Assembly (NCBI GenBank): GCA_051362555.1
Contig: CM120640.1
Span: 11,656,001 to 11,720,000, forward strand
DNA length: 64,000 nt
Direction of reading: 5' to 3'
DNA from: Lingula anatina
Lineage: Eukaryota > Animalia > Brachiopoda
Position numbers and translations under genes: made by a program. A model generated the notes under the pieces. It was given only the letters and a program-made list of their open reading frames with translations. It searched no databases and was not told the origin of the DNA. Within the stretch, counting starts at the first letter, position 1, and every line of letters starts with the position of its first letter. Shown one piece after another: positions 43,001 through 54,271 of this stretch.

Positions 43001-46000
43001 TCTCCTGTTTTTGTGCATTATTGTTTTCTGCTTTTCTTAAGGTGTGACTTATGGGCCTGAAGACCTTTGATAGACAAATTTGTGTGGTCAGTCTGTTAAT
43101 TCCCCTTGGGTATTCGCAAGGCTAATTTCAGTGCTATAAACTCATTTACCTAATTAAGTAGCCATTAATTGAAATTTCATAAAGCACACTTGTTGATATT
43201 TCCCTGTTAAGCTCTCTGCTAGATAACATAGTGTCCATAATAAGGAAGCAGTGAATAACAGCTTCATTAGAATTATATTTTTGTTGTTTCTATTTAATTT
43301 TTTCTCCAACACTGGTATTTTTAAGATGTGATTTTTAACTCCCATCCACCTGAGGCTGTGCACATTTTCAGTATTTCCACATAAGCAGCTGTATTGGTAT
43401 TTATGTCTTTAAACACGATGTAATATTATTTTATGCACTGTCATCATTTTTCATATATAGGGACTTTCATCATGTGAATTTTAACTCTCATGGTCCTGAC
43501 ATTGTAATCTTATTGAAAGGGTGGATTAAGACCATCTTCTGGGTCTCCTGGAAGACAGTCAGATTTTACAGTTTATATTAACGGGTTTCTGTTGGAAGAC
43601 TATCAAAATGGAGGATGGATCAACAAAGATACTTTGGAATACTGTCAGAAAATATCTCTGAATCTGCTCCTGTTATTGACCATGTTACCTGTTGTGCATG
43701 ATTAAAAATCAGTGTTGACTGACTGTGCTATTATAAGCATTTATTATTGCATCAAAATTGACATAATGACCTATTTTGCATCTTTTTTTTTCTGTTTTTT
43801 GTCTGTACATTTGACAGCTTTGCTGCCTTGTTATTTAACTTATAATAATGTAATCGTTTGCGACCAAAATATTATTTCTTTTACTATGGACCCTCTCTGA
43901 CAGGTTCAGAAAATTACACCAAAATCCGTCCGCAACATTTTGCGAAATGTTCCTAACAAACAGAAAAACGGAACTAAAAATATGCCCTCCATGAATCTGT
44001 AAGGTTCGATTTCCTGTTCACCGACCGAGAAGAAGCAAGCAACAAGAGTCGTGGTTATCCAACGAGTTTAAATCCCGCTGCCTAAGTTCTTCCTAATACC
44101 CACCACCAGTCCTATTTATATCCATTTTTACATTATATTTCTAATCAAAGCATTACCTATTAATGAAAAATGTAAGATCTTATCTAGCCTCCCAAGACAA
44201 GTGTCACGAGAGGCGTGCACCATCTTAGGACATCCTAAAGGGGTGCCAGTGCGTCCCTTGCAAATCGATGAAGTTGCCTATTTCACATATAGGTCCCATA
44301 AACGATATGTGAAAATAGTTCCATTGGATCTCAGTTTTGATATTAAAAAGATTTTATTTTTGATAGATCCACATACGTGTATTTGGTTTTCCTGTTTCTT
44401 CTGTTTACTCTGACAGACTTGGTTACAACTGAATTAAATGTTCAGGTGAAGGTGAACAGGTAATTACCTCAGTCTTGATGATGACTTGTTAGTTTCTCTC
44501 GCCCGTGCCTCCCGGGGTGGGTTTGACAATATCGTCATACACTAGGGGCAGTTTATGTGCTCCCTTATCTCTGTTCATGGTGTGTTTCTTCCTTCTTATC
44601 CAGATGGCTTCCAATAGTTTAATTTTGTTGTAATTGCTTTTACTTGCTGTTCGAAGTCTGAAAATAACGCAATACTGTCAGACAGTATTGGCACATGTAC
44701 AATAGGAACCTGAACTCACACGTACTAAGTCACCGCCCGAAGTCACTTATTCACAACTCGAAGTCACAAACAACAATATCCTTGTAACTCCTGTTTCATT
44801 TTCGTTTTTGTATTTTCACAGGGTCCGGCGCAAAGGAGAACCAGGTTTACGTTTTATTGCTGGAGATATTGGCCGATATACTATGATGAATCATACGAGT
44901 AATCAAAAATCAAATCCTCGCTATTCTTTGAGGTAAGCGTTATTTATCTTTTTTTTTTAATTCTGCACTGCTTAAAATCTAAAATCTTTGGGAAAAATTA
45001 TTCCATACTAAATGTTAAGTTTGAAATACCATACGAAACGGCAGCCATTTAAAATTTTCCCCCGAATTGAGACTTCTCAGAGGAAAGGGGAAATAAACTG
45101 TGTTTAATGGGCTAATAACAGACCAATTTCGGTTTAGGAGCCTTTCTTTGTATTGTTTTTTTTTTAACTTCAAAGGACACTGAATTCTTTACTGCGCACA
45201 ATGTATGGGACATTTACAGAGAACGGCAGCACTCACACGGCACGTACTCACCACTTATGAAGATAATGCAACGCACGGCGAAAGTAATTCACACTTCAGA
45301 CTTGCGTCACTTACAAATGCGTAACGCTTGCCTCGCACGTTTGTGATGACGTTCTTACGGCGTACGTCAGTTTTGCCTCCTGTTCTCCTCTTCTTTTTTC
45401 TTCCTCAATCCTTCTTCGTTGCTCTCTGGGCTTCCTTCCCTTGCCTCTTGGGGGGATATAAGAAGCTGAATTGAGCAAAATTTGAATTTTTAAGAAAATT
45501 TGTTGTACACGTCGCACAATTGACGATCATTGGCGAAACGCACCTTAGTTTTTGCCTGAAACCTCCAGATCAAATGGGCTAATTTAAAGATGCATACAAA
45601 GTCAATTTTTGTCACAAAAACCAACCAAATGCCAACATATAGTTTGAAGTAGTATAACTAAGAGAATTGCCAAAAGGCATTGTTTAATTTTAACCGAAAA
45701 TGATGTTTGCATGGATTTTTCTGCTAGCAATCTATGCTGTATGTCAATGGGGCAGAAAAGTAGGTCACGAAAGTAGGTTAAATTTCTGACCAAAAATTTA
45801 AAAAAGGAGCAGTCTAAAGCTCTTTTATGGCTGACCGAGTGATCTATTCAGTTTATCCCTTGGCATGTCGAATTTATTTGAGTTGTATAAGAAACTAGTA
45901 GAAGTGGTTTCCATGTGTTACTGGGAATCCACACTCCACCGATGCTCGGTTCGTATGTACCTTTAAAATACGAATTTTTAAACCCCTAGACTTCGCAAAG

Positions 46001-47110
46001 CAGCACATCGTATTTTCTGAAAATGTTGAAAGTCTTATTTGCTCATATTAAAGATGTCATATTTTTACGAGGCGCCTGTAGATAGGAGGTTCACATGGAT
46101 GCATGAGGAGCAGGTGGCATTACTAAAAGTTTGGGCAGAGGTTGAAGTTCAAAATGAATTGGAAGGGATAGTAAAAAAAACAAGCACATGTACTAGAAGA
46201 TTTTTTAAATGATGACAGAGAGGGTATACTGGAAACGTGGGACCTCTGCATGTGCTGCAGAAACTTTGCCACAAATCACATTCCTGGGTTTTTCATGGGA
46301 AGAAAATAACTTGTGGTGGGGTACATTACAGTTAGTTGTGTGTAAAGAGAACAGGGCCACATGTGGCGTGAAATAAAAAATTGAACGAGGGTTACCTGTA
46401 AGTGAAAGCTCAATTGGAATTCTATCTCAACATCAATCATTGTCACTACGGGGTCACGTCAGCTCTGGACGTAGTTTGCTAGCAACAAGGTGTTACTTCA
46501 GAGTGGATTAGTTTTTTTCCAAGAAGAATTTGGTATTGAGTGTGTAAACAGCTTATGATATTTGTTAGATCTGTGATATTATAGCTCGCAAGTACTTGCT
46601 ATGTGTGTTCATTATTGTTATTCAACCGTTTCAACTTAGAGAAATAAAACGAATTTGGGCTGCTTTTATAGATATGAAAGATAAATTAATAAAAGATAAT
46701 AATATGCTTTCAATTTTTTATAGCGTGAAGATGTATATATCAGCCTTTAAGAGGTTTGCGACGGATGGTCTGAACAATGTGAATGGCTCTTATACGGTAT
46801 TGAAATTGGAGCAACCCCCCCTGTATACAAGGATCTACGTAGATGTGGATGAAAAGAGAATCCTAATGGTAATAATTGTTTTTGCATCTTTCCTGACTTA
46901 ATTCCATTAAATTCTCTCTCTCCTGCGTGCGCTTTTTCAAAATGTGTTGACAATGGATATGCATTTCACCCGTTTATGACAATTTTATGTTTATTGTTTC
47001 AGAATAAACAGCTTTCAAAGTTCCAAGATCATAAATGGTTAAGATCGGTTCTCACAACGAACACGACATTTGTCAATGCAACCTCCAGTCGTCACTCCAG
47101 CTACCAATAA
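32808..47110 (+). CDS. GT7 beta-1,4-galactosyl/N-acetylgalactosaminyltransferase (bre-4/B4GALT-like), about 462 aa, type II Golgi membrane protein
   Basis: Exons 32808-33282, 33635-33873, 34099-34286, 34769-34891, 44822-44932, 46724-46868 and 47003-47110 join in frame. N-terminal TM LSFFFTALVLSVVWYVLL, S/T-rich stem, and GT7 motifs VAVIIPFRDREEHL, FNRAMLMNIG, FHDVDL (DXD), FGGV, NGFPNVYFGWGAEDDD, RYTMMNH, DGLN. Exon-2 acceptor (aaag|) is weak; the last exon is less certain because read-through would stop at 46901. Confidence 0.88.
34035..34095. repeat. (TAA)n/(TTA)n microsatellite abutting the exon-3 acceptor
   Basis: TAA run followed by a (TTA) run that ends directly at acag|34099. Confidence 0.85.
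34311..34375 (+). repeat. Short dispersed repeat, probably a retroelement 3' tail (second copy 48448-48512)
   Basis: TTGCCACCTTTATTTATACTG...TATTTAACC...TGAGAATAAAGAT.TTTAAAAA occurs at both sites, with AATAAA followed by an A-rich end. Confidence 0.55.
35359..35985 (+). repeat. About 160-bp tandem repeat array inside the HINE (4 units)
   Basis: GATAACA..A/TAAG.GGAAAAC motif starts at 35359, 35520, 35680 and 35839 (periods 161, 160, 159). Confidence 0.9.
37215..41042 (-). CDS. LINE ORF2: APE endonuclease, reverse transcriptase and C-terminal zinc-binding domain (1275 aa, uninterrupted)
   Basis: EN motifs NCQGL, CLQDTH, NIYGPN, GDLN, RLDY, SDH; RT motifs KSPGSDG, WRPITLLN, DFEKAFD, QGDP, YADD; zf-RVT CGFC...EDLLHVFIQC. 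Confidence 0.96.
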   Translation of the reverse strand: MIKIATVNCQGLGNPEKRKDVLNYYKGRKYSVICLQDTHFTTKLEPYIETQWGYTCIFNSYRSNCRGVAILFNNNFELVVHKKTQDDKGNLLVVDLTINDCRVTLLNIYGPNEDYPEFFDKVRESILEFANTNIIVCGDLNIAMDPILDTFNYNRNNNPRARKKLIETMDELDLVDYYRVINPSKRAYTWHKKNPVKHGRLDYILISNNLSNLVTDISIKAGYKSDHSSVVLELKFNDFVRGPGLWKFNCSLLTDREFVDKVKLTIKRIKNQYANILYKVSIIDCIPEEDLQLSISDSLFLEVLLMEIRGVTISHASAKKKDKNKKEKELIDEIQKLKDDNDAGNLVHNGILEEKIQSLETLRKEKLRGSMIRSRAQWVDEGEKPTQYFCGLESRNFLNKTIQVLDIDGKGTVYEQSEILKEVKLFYENLYSSKENEIDDVDLSNVLEPYSFNKLDNVTAHELDQEFTLTEILSVIKSMKNNKSPGSDGFSAEFYKFFWNDLKYFIRRAINDIFFKKMLPISQRLGIIVCLPKGEKSRKDMKNWRPITLLNVFYKIISGCICGRIKRTLNSLIPPSQSGFIPGRYLGDNIRAIYDLMDYTENRQIPGLLMLIDFEKAFDSLAWSFIYKALNIFGFGRNLITWVNILNTNITASVLQCGFLSKPFSIQRGCRQGDPVAPYLFILSAEMLSILIKSNTSIKGITINGIENKILQYADDTSLTLDGSKESLFNSLETLEYFAKLSGLHINASKTKVIWIGSKKYSKDVYHHSRWKLYWGVQIFELLGITFSVELSDMIDLNYQKQMTKVQSQIKQWKKRILSPIGKTTIVKSLLISKLTHLFISLPNPNNGFIKSLETEFYNFVWGSKCDRIKRDVASQNHNAGGLKMIDIKCFITSLKCSWLKRLISRKQIWTNILESILGKKLIQNLLDFGDDYVRKLAERIQNKFWQDTLIAWAYFMKVQMLREWASDPGAIPLWYNTEIKINNASVFIPSWYKQGIKVLGDMLDNQGNLMKKNVLEQKFNLRVQTMQFNSMYSAVKVFLRQFDKEKVAITVTPYYPFHFKGLMLNEKGNRYVYNVLNKKNIIPTGVCTWNQKLFNNGDARLKTEEIFETCFGTSRDTTLQWLQFRIIHRILPLGAYLKKIGIQDNDICGFCKRDREDLLHVFIQCNSVRPLWNKFQDHILEKTNVNLDLDDYKILFGIKCTTESKIFNLLIMFGKLYIYKCLKQKKTPSFQGLLGYIKFMYHVEKNIALRHGSCTYDNFVKQWAQWLPLFVEGE
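41801..42346 (-). CDS. LINE ORF1, C-terminal part (coiled-coil end plus RRM/CTD-type region), 5'-truncated
   Basis: EQYSRKNNVKIYGIPE...VHRIPGKPGEPRPIILKL...LADDVT is typical of LINE ORF1. The listed start codon lies in the TSD, so it is not a real start. Confidence 0.85.
   Translation of the reverse strand, partial: RQTLRENDQRIDKMNRAMKEAAKVASSAMIKANHNEQYSRKNNVKIYGIPESESGDQTTSALVIKTLKEKIQEEVKGDDIVAVHRIPGKPGEPRPIILKLKNTEIKSRIMRKRGVLKRSDRALRLADDVTKENKDLLKLLNDHPECESAWYFNGSIYAKINGKEGKKKFDIGDDIGTKIRH
46087..46260 (+). pseudogene. Degenerate Myb/SANT-like (trihelix) domain fragment, probably from a PIF/Harbinger element
   Basis: RFTWMHEEQVALLKVWAEVEVQNELEGIVK, then a frameshift and stops (NKHMY*KIF*MMTER), matching the W..EE..LL..W.E....L.G..N...Y..I...M.E.GY pattern. 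Confidence 0.55.
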
Positions 47111-47397
47111 ACATGCAACTATTTCCCCATGGCATCGAATCCGTGTGAAAAATATACAGTAATGCGATCGAACTCGTTTATATGGTTTCTGGTCTTCTGA
47201 TGATTGGGATAGGTAAAGCTCTTCTTAATTAATACTTGTCTTTTCTAGAGGGCTGCTTTGCATTATGGTAGTAGATGTAATATTGGGCGTATTAATACTG
47301 GGCGTGAAACTAAGGTTGCACGAAAAAAAAGAGTCTTTGCAGGAAGAAATTATATATATTTTCTTCAAAAGCTGGTCGAGCCGGCATACTCTAATTA

Positions 47398-47774
47398 TGC
47401 CCCTATTTCACACAGACCACGAATCCCACGAATCTCCAGGAATTGACAAATTTCAGGATTCGTGAGGATTCGTGAGATTTTGCCAATTTTCTGTCTAATT
47501 CGACACGCTGTACGATTTAGTAACGATACAGGTGCGATAGTGTTACGAATATTAGTGGGATTCGGCTGGAATCGCACGAATATTGTCCGAATATTGTCTA
47601 GAAATTGAACAGCTCAAAATTTTTGCCACGAATTCCCGATTGACCAAGAATTGCAAGAACTGACTACGATTATATACGAATCTGTTAAGAACTTCACGAA
47701 CTGATTACGATTCAAACACGAATTCTGAAATTTGTCAATTCATGGCCATTCGTGGTCTCTGTGAAATAGGGGCA
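47398..47774. mobile_element. PIF/Harbinger-type MITE (377 bp)
   Basis: TIRs TGCCCCTATTTCACACAGACCACGAAT / ATTCGTGGTCTCTGTGAAATAGGGGCA; TTA TSD at 47395-47397 and 47775-47777; internal CACGAAT repeats. Confidence 0.85.
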
Positions 47775-50259
47775 TTACATATTGAATCCGGGCTATTTGT
47801 TAATAAAAAGGTTAAGGTTAGAGTTTCACGTTATGCAACAATCAAGAACTGTAAGACGGATGTCGTTTTTTTTTTTTTTGTATTTTATTGCTCTTCAGAT
47901 AAATGTATATTACTAATGAAGAGCCGTTTAGTCTGCATTTTCACAATAATAATTGTATTAAAAAACTTTTGTGTACCATGAATATACTGTGAATTTAATA
48001 TATTATATGTATAACTTCAACCCTCAGGGTTACCATATCTCAATAAAGATTATTATGTTTTTGTATTACTGCTTAAGTTATAATTATTATAAACAGAAAT
48101 ACAATTTCATTAAGACAGATGGCAAAAAAACTTCAGTAAAAATGACACCTTTAGCTGTATGTATGAATCTTCCTCAGTGATCTGTTCTAATCTTCTTATT
48201 TCTTATCCCTGGCGTCCCAGTGGCCAATTCCGCTCCTATGACCAGGCGCCTACCCACTCTTCCTTGATGGCCTATTACCTCCCACAAACACCTTCCCCTC
48301 ATGCCCTGTTCCTCCCTCCTCTCAAATGTCACTTCATGTCATCGTTACTCGTTTTTTCTTTGAATATTTTTCATTTTTCTTTTTAATTTTTTCATTATCT
48401 AATTTTATGACGATATTTCTTAGGCGAGCGTATAATGCTTCGGCGACTTGCCACCTTTATTTATACTGCAACTAGTATTTAACCTTTTATGAGAATAAAG
48501 ATATTTAAAAATAACTTTTAGCCCGTACTGTGGAAACTCCAGATATCTGTTAGAGAAATAAAAGTGGAGATCAGTCAATTTGTTGTTAATCTCCTTAAAA
48601 ATAACATACAGTGTATTCGTTTAGATAACAATTTCAATCGCAGAAAGCACACCTTCAACTTTTTAAAAACAGACACAGACTCGCGAAGCCGTCCCTTAAG
48701 TGTCAAACGGTATATCTGTTTTACTTCAAAGTGGCCGAGATCCATTGTGTGTTAATGAGGCTTTAAGATTTGAAAATGGCGATATATTCGGCTATTGATA
48801 CCCCCCCCCCCCAAAAAAAAAAAAAAAAAAAAAGAAAAAAGAAAAATGCGACTGAAAAATTAACCGTGGATATTTATCTAATGTTCAATTCGACAGAACT
48901 GTAGACAAACAATCCGCCTTAAACCTCCAACAACATTATTATTCTTATTTTTTTAAAATTCTAAAACTTTACGTAGAATAGAGATATAATTTTAGTATCT
49001 TTTTTGCACATTTTGCACACAGAACACTTTAAATAATATGTTCGCGGAGTTACATTATCCTCTGATATCGGGGGCCTCTAAAATAGTATAAAAAATTAAA
49101 GTATAGTCCGATACAATAATTTTGTAACAGACTACTAGCAGATCTCTAGTGGTCAGAGAGTAGAGTAACTAATTGTCTATTTGTCGCCCGATTTTAGTGT
49201 GTATGGGATGTCTTTTATGAAAAACAAAAATGGGGCATCAGTAAGCTCAGCACTTGTGCTATATCTTACGGGCACACTTAATAGATTTTAAATTATCGTA
49301 TAGGGGTGGGTCCAGGGTCTCTGTTTGACTGAACCATAATTTTAATGTTAAACTTATGATGTTTGGTCATCTCTGTGAATTTGGCGAAATGGGGGTTCAA
49401 CAGCATATGTGAATCTAAGTAGGCTGGTGTGATATAAATGGTAGTCCTAGAATGGGAAGACCGGTGCATCATGTAATTTGCACATGTTAAGGTTAGCCGG
49501 AAGTGTCAGGGTCATCAACGCCCCTTGTTCAAAGTGATGAAGTATTGGGAAACAGGCTGCGCTTCCATTCCTATCACCTTTGGTATGGTGTGATTGCTGT
49601 AGCTGAGACGGTTGCGACTCTTGCACCACTCAGGTATTACAATGTATTCGGAGAGTATGTAAAAGCGTTTGACGCAAGACAAAGGTGTGCATAATGGGGG
49701 TAAATTTATTTTAACTGTATATAAATTTGAAGTAATTTTAGGACTAATCCAATTTAATTAAACTGTGTGCGTTTTGTTTAGAAAGGTTAAATTTCATTTT
49801 ATTTAAATCGCCTTTCGGTGACTTGGTGTGTAAGTCTGGTTTGCCTTGTGTTGTGCCAGTAGTTTATAGTTGCCATCTTATTTATTTATTCCAATGATTA
49901 TGAAAAATTCTTATGTGGTTTTTTGGACTACTCATGCGGTTTGGCCATTTTGTTCATTCTATGCATTGACTTCTGAGCAGAGTGTCCAGTTTATGTGAAT
50001 CTTTAGACAATTGCTTCTATCAAGCTAGTAAGAAAACCACGCAAACATTTTATATAATTATAATAATGATATATTTATTTAGAGTTTAAAACCCATGAAA
50101 AATGTTCTGTGGACTTAACAAATACAAATACAATTAAAATACAAAGTTAAAATGATTAGTTTTTATCTAGTAAGTATGGTATTAAGAGTAAAGAGAGAAA
50201 TGTCCAATTATAACAGAAAAATTTCCAATTATAATGTTTTGTATTTGTACAAGATGGCC

Positions 50260-51110
50260 AATCTTATAACTTATTCAAAAGAGAAGTTTTATAAATCATC
50301 TGCTGAACTTGTATTTCTTATTTCTTCTGGTAACTGATTCCATTCATACGGGGCCGCGTATTCAAAAGCTTTTGTCCAAATGTTTCAAGGTTTTAATAAA
50401 AAACTGTTCCTTAGGTCTTAACGTGTCATTTGGTGAGTAATGAGATAAAAGTTTACAAAGATAATCCTGTAAAAGTCCACAAAAGCAGCATGAATGTATT
50501 CTAAAAGTTTGAATAAAATCTGTGCATTTACAGGTAGTCAGTGAAATTCTTATAAAACCTGTGTCATGTGATTCTCCATAGTAGTCCGAGTAAGCAGACG
50601 GGCTGGGATATTTTCAATGCGTTGAAGTTTCTTTGTTCTCTCTTTTCTGCAACCATGAAGCAAGGGCTTGCAGTATTCAAGCCTTGACGTTACTAGGACA
50701 CGGATGGCCGTGGCAGTGGCGGTAAGATTATTGCCCAAAGTGCTGATGTTTCTGATATAATACAAAATGTACATGCAGGATTTTTTTTACATTGGCTATA
50801 TGGTTATCCATGGTTAAGGTGGTAGCGAAGTAAAACTCCTTATCTTTCGCTTGGGGTAAAACGCCCACTTTGAAGATCCGACTTGTAGAGATAGTCTTTC
50901 AGTTAAGTGTTGAAAGCGTGGTGGGGTGATAACCATAAATTCTGTTTTACCACCATTTAATTTTAATTTACTTCTGATCATGCATCGTAGTTAATTTGAA
51001 ATGGCATTTGTCATTGTAATTTTGGCACCCTCAAGCTTATGAATAGGCCTATCACAGTTAAGGTATAATTGAGTGCCATCAGAAAAAGACTAGACTGTGT
51101 AGTACTGTGC
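50260..51110 (-). mobile_element. Decayed L2/CR1-group LINE 3' fragment
   Basis: Minus-strand translation gives VTSRLEYCKPLLHG...KLQRIENIPARLL...HMTQVL (SRLDYCN...LQ..QN.AAR...HITP signature), a degenerate YADDTQLY (FSDGTQLY, about 51065-51090), and FEYAAP.EWN.LP near 50330-50370. Confidence 0.75.
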
Positions 51111-51229
51111 ACCTGCTTGCTTTCTAGGTTTCGTCCACAACTCTAGGCGAACAAAACATATTTTGTCACATACTTTTGCGAATATGCCCATCATGGAAAT
51201 GCTGCATTAATTATAGGGAACGACGCGCT

Positions 51230-51280
<51 letters not shown>

Positions 51281-51680
51281 GTGAGGAAGTGTGCCAACGT
51301 TGATCCAGTGCAGCAGAAGCTCTTCTTCACCTGATATTGCTCCGTCTCCCAATTCTCAACGCCTATACACAAATAATAACAAAGAATGAAGTTTTTGGTT
51401 TTATATTTTAAGCTCTTATGGACAAAATAAATAAAGATACAGTTTAAACTTACAGCTAGGGATTTGGGTTTTTGAATGTTTAAAATGTTAATCTCTCCAT
51501 AGTGAGATGCCAGTTTGCATTTCAGCATCTCACCAAATGACAATCTGCCTGAATATGAACCTTAGCTGTGACAAACAGCTCTATATAAACATGCTTTATC
51601 TTAAATGAAATTGATATGTTTATGTAAAAGGTTATAACATTTAAAATTGAACACCTTTAAAATGCATCAAGACTCCATAA

Positions 51681-52058
51681 GACTACATTCAGTACAGAGG
51701 ACTAAGGGCATATTCCCATAGATTTTAGATCGATCTATCCCCATGGGGAGTCGCACTAGATTACTGTCAAATAATCAGACTCAAATGTCCGTCCCGCCTA
51801 CTACAAGCTGTAAGGGGGTAATTAACTTTCGTGCCCGCTCGGCTGACAGTTATTTAGCATGAACCCCCTAGGAGTTAGGTCGATCTAATCTCTGGGAATG
51901 GGGTCTAACTGGCCCGTGGGTCAAATATGGGGACCCACTAAAAAATGTGCCGTCTAATCAGCTAACAGACACTGAAATGATTCCCCTTGGGGAAGTATTC
52001 AAGTGGGTTGGCCACATTTGACCCTCGGACTAGTTAGTCCACTGTTCTGAATGCAGCC
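51681..52058. mobile_element. Outer MITE interrupted by a nested MITE
   Basis: With 51706-51908 removed, the left end GACTACATTCAGTACAGAGGACTAACTGGCCCGTGGGTCAAATATGG mirrors the right end CCACATTTGACCCTCGGACTAGTTAGTCCACTGTTCTGAATGCAGCC; TAA/TTA flanks. Confidence 0.78.
51706..51905 (+). mobile_element. 200-bp Harbinger-like MITE nested in the left TIR of the outer MITE
   Basis: TAA TSD at 51703-51705 and 51906-51908; second copy inverted at 15154-15368. Confidence 0.82.
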
Positions 52059-54271
52059 TTAAATGCACTAGGTAATGAAACTTAGAAAGCCAATTGCAAA
52101 ACTATGTACTTACGTAATTTTTACTCTTAAAAGATAAAAGGTAAGGTGGAAAACAATAATAAGACAAAAAATGTGGCACTTTTTTGAAAGACAAAATCAT
52201 ATCACAAAATTAAGCTTAAAAGTAATAGAAATTTTTCATCAAGGAGGACAAGGATTTTTTTGTAAAATTAGGTATACGATAGTAATATGTTTGAATTTGA
52301 ATGACCATCTCTACCAACCCCCCCTCCCCCCAAAAAAAAGTTAATGACGTATAATGTCCAATTAACATTTGATGTCTGTTAACATTTCATACAACATCCA
52401 TTGTACACTCCACAATATCTTTATATAAGATTAAACAAGATAACACATACTTCCTGGGCTAACAATTACTGTGCATGATGGACTTCCAAAATGTAAGCTG
52501 TGACAATAAATACAAGATAGGTTCAAAACCTAAATAACAATATAATAAATAATAAACAAATGTACTCATAATACATGACCTATTGCACTATCGTTGTATA
52601 AAAAAATTCAAAACATCTACATGGGACACCCATGTGGGCTGTGCACTGTGCAATTATTTACAAGTCTAAATGCCATTATAGACCATCAACTTTGCATTCA
52701 GCTAAAGAGATTACCTACATTATCTTAATTTACTATAAAAACCAGGAAAAAACATTTGGCATAAACCTTGAGAAAAACATTACTTTAGGTTCCTTGTCAA
52801 TACTTCCTGTTTGTAATTTTGAGAGGGAAACATACAAAATAACCTATTCAATAAAACATTCATTCAAAGGTAACAATAGCTGTATACAGGAAAACTATTT
52901 CCTTCCCATTTACAACAGTCATCACACAATCTGAACTTCAGCCTTCTCAGATTTTTCCTATCCAAGCCAGGAAATATATCAACTTTTTATAACAAGTTAC
53001 GCCAAAAGCCAGTTCAGTGGGATGAAGTGGGTCTGACACAGTTAACTTTCTTAATATAGGGTTTGAAGCATGCATGAAGTACACTATCCACACAGAGCAT
53101 GTCCCCATCTGCCTCTGTCCAAATGTATCTAGCTGTTCATACTTAAATTATACAACTGAATACAAATTCCTACTTGTCTTAGAGCAAGATGGTAGCAAAC
53201 ATTTTACCTCTGTTCATTTACTCTGCATTATTATGCAATCAATAATACAATCTTTACTAAACAAACACTGCATGTAGTCAAACTTTCAGAAAAAACAGGA
53301 ATTCAAGGACTTTGGTGAACTATAACATTACACATGAACATCTCTTTGGTTTACCATTATGGTAGTCATGAAAAACTCCTAAGAGTAATTTTTTGATCTA
53401 AAGGGCCATTTATAATGTTGCTAGTATGCACTCACTCCATGGGGACTCTTGCTGAATGCAATCAGATTAACAGACTAACACACCTCATCTTGTTTCTAGC
53501 ATACATAATCACCAGCTTATCTATGTTGTACTCAACACCAGGAGGTGTGTTAGTCTGTAAATCTGCATTCAGCAAGAGTCCCTGTACATACCATACAAAT
53601 TCATTATGAACATGAACTTGTTGCACTGCATTAAAATACTTGCACATATTGGTGCACTGCAATGTGTATAACCCTATAATCTAAGCAAAACCAGATCAAT
53701 CCTTGTAAATGTGTACAGCAATATATCTGCAAAAGTGTTATATCTTATGAATATTTTCCTTTACAGTAACTCACTGAACTTTAAATGATATGTTGTTATA
53801 TGGTAAGGGATTTGATGTACACACCTGAACATGCATTTCCACACACAGCACATGGGCATTTTGCATTATCTGGTTGATAAGTTGAAGCACCTGGCAATGC
53901 CCATAAATCTTTCATCAGTTAACATGCTTGAACTTAAAGCCATAGTAAACCATTCAGTTATAGTGCCCAATTTTCACCATGATGTCATATTTTGAACTGA
54001 TAATAATCTAGGTTCTCTTGGTTTCAAGCTACATTTGAGTATTACTTGCTTTGGATAGTTCAGCTTAACTTCCTCTACAGAAATGAGTAATTTGAAACAA
54101 ATTTCTGTAGAACTTTAAAAAAGCAGATTCTTTTACAGTATGCATAAATAGGAAACAGGACTCAAGTGTGAAAAATAAATACTGCTTGTACAACTTGGTA
54201 CATGTATGAACAGTACCATGAATATTTGACAAACCCAATATCACAAATACTACACAAATACTTCAAATAAT

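Larger units (their letters stand above)
35253..43831 (+). mobile_element. Helentron-associated interspersed element (HINE), copy 1, interrupted by an L1
   Basis: 5' stem-loop ATGTACAGACACAGATGTGTCTGTACAT (35257-35284), (GTC/GCC)n microsatellite, four 160-bp tandem units, 3' subTIR GTCTGTACAT (43801-43810) plus hairpin GACAGCTTTGCTGCC, T-rich flanks. Colinear with inverted copy 58296-60441. Confidence 0.8.
34967..43995 (-). mobile_element. Older, degenerate Helentron-like repeat split by the inner HINE
   Basis: Left part GCAATCGGAGAGCGCAG...CATCAAAATCTCTCCATAACTTTTCGCATAATATTGCTAAGAGACA and right part CAAAATCCGTCCGCAACATTTTGCGAAATGTTCCTAACAAACAGA...TATGCCCTCC resemble each other and the layout of common aquatic HINE families. 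Family assignment is from recall. Confidence 0.4.

Noticed and set aside
43998-44528. Possible solo LTR (TG...CA ends, minus-strand TATAAATAGG near 44111-44120)
   Set aside because: Flanks GAATC and ATATC are not a clean TSD and there is no second copy in the window.
45170-45966. Possible Kolobok-like element (CAAAGG...CCTTTAA ends, CpG-rich interior)
   Set aside because: Terminal match too short and TSD imperfect.
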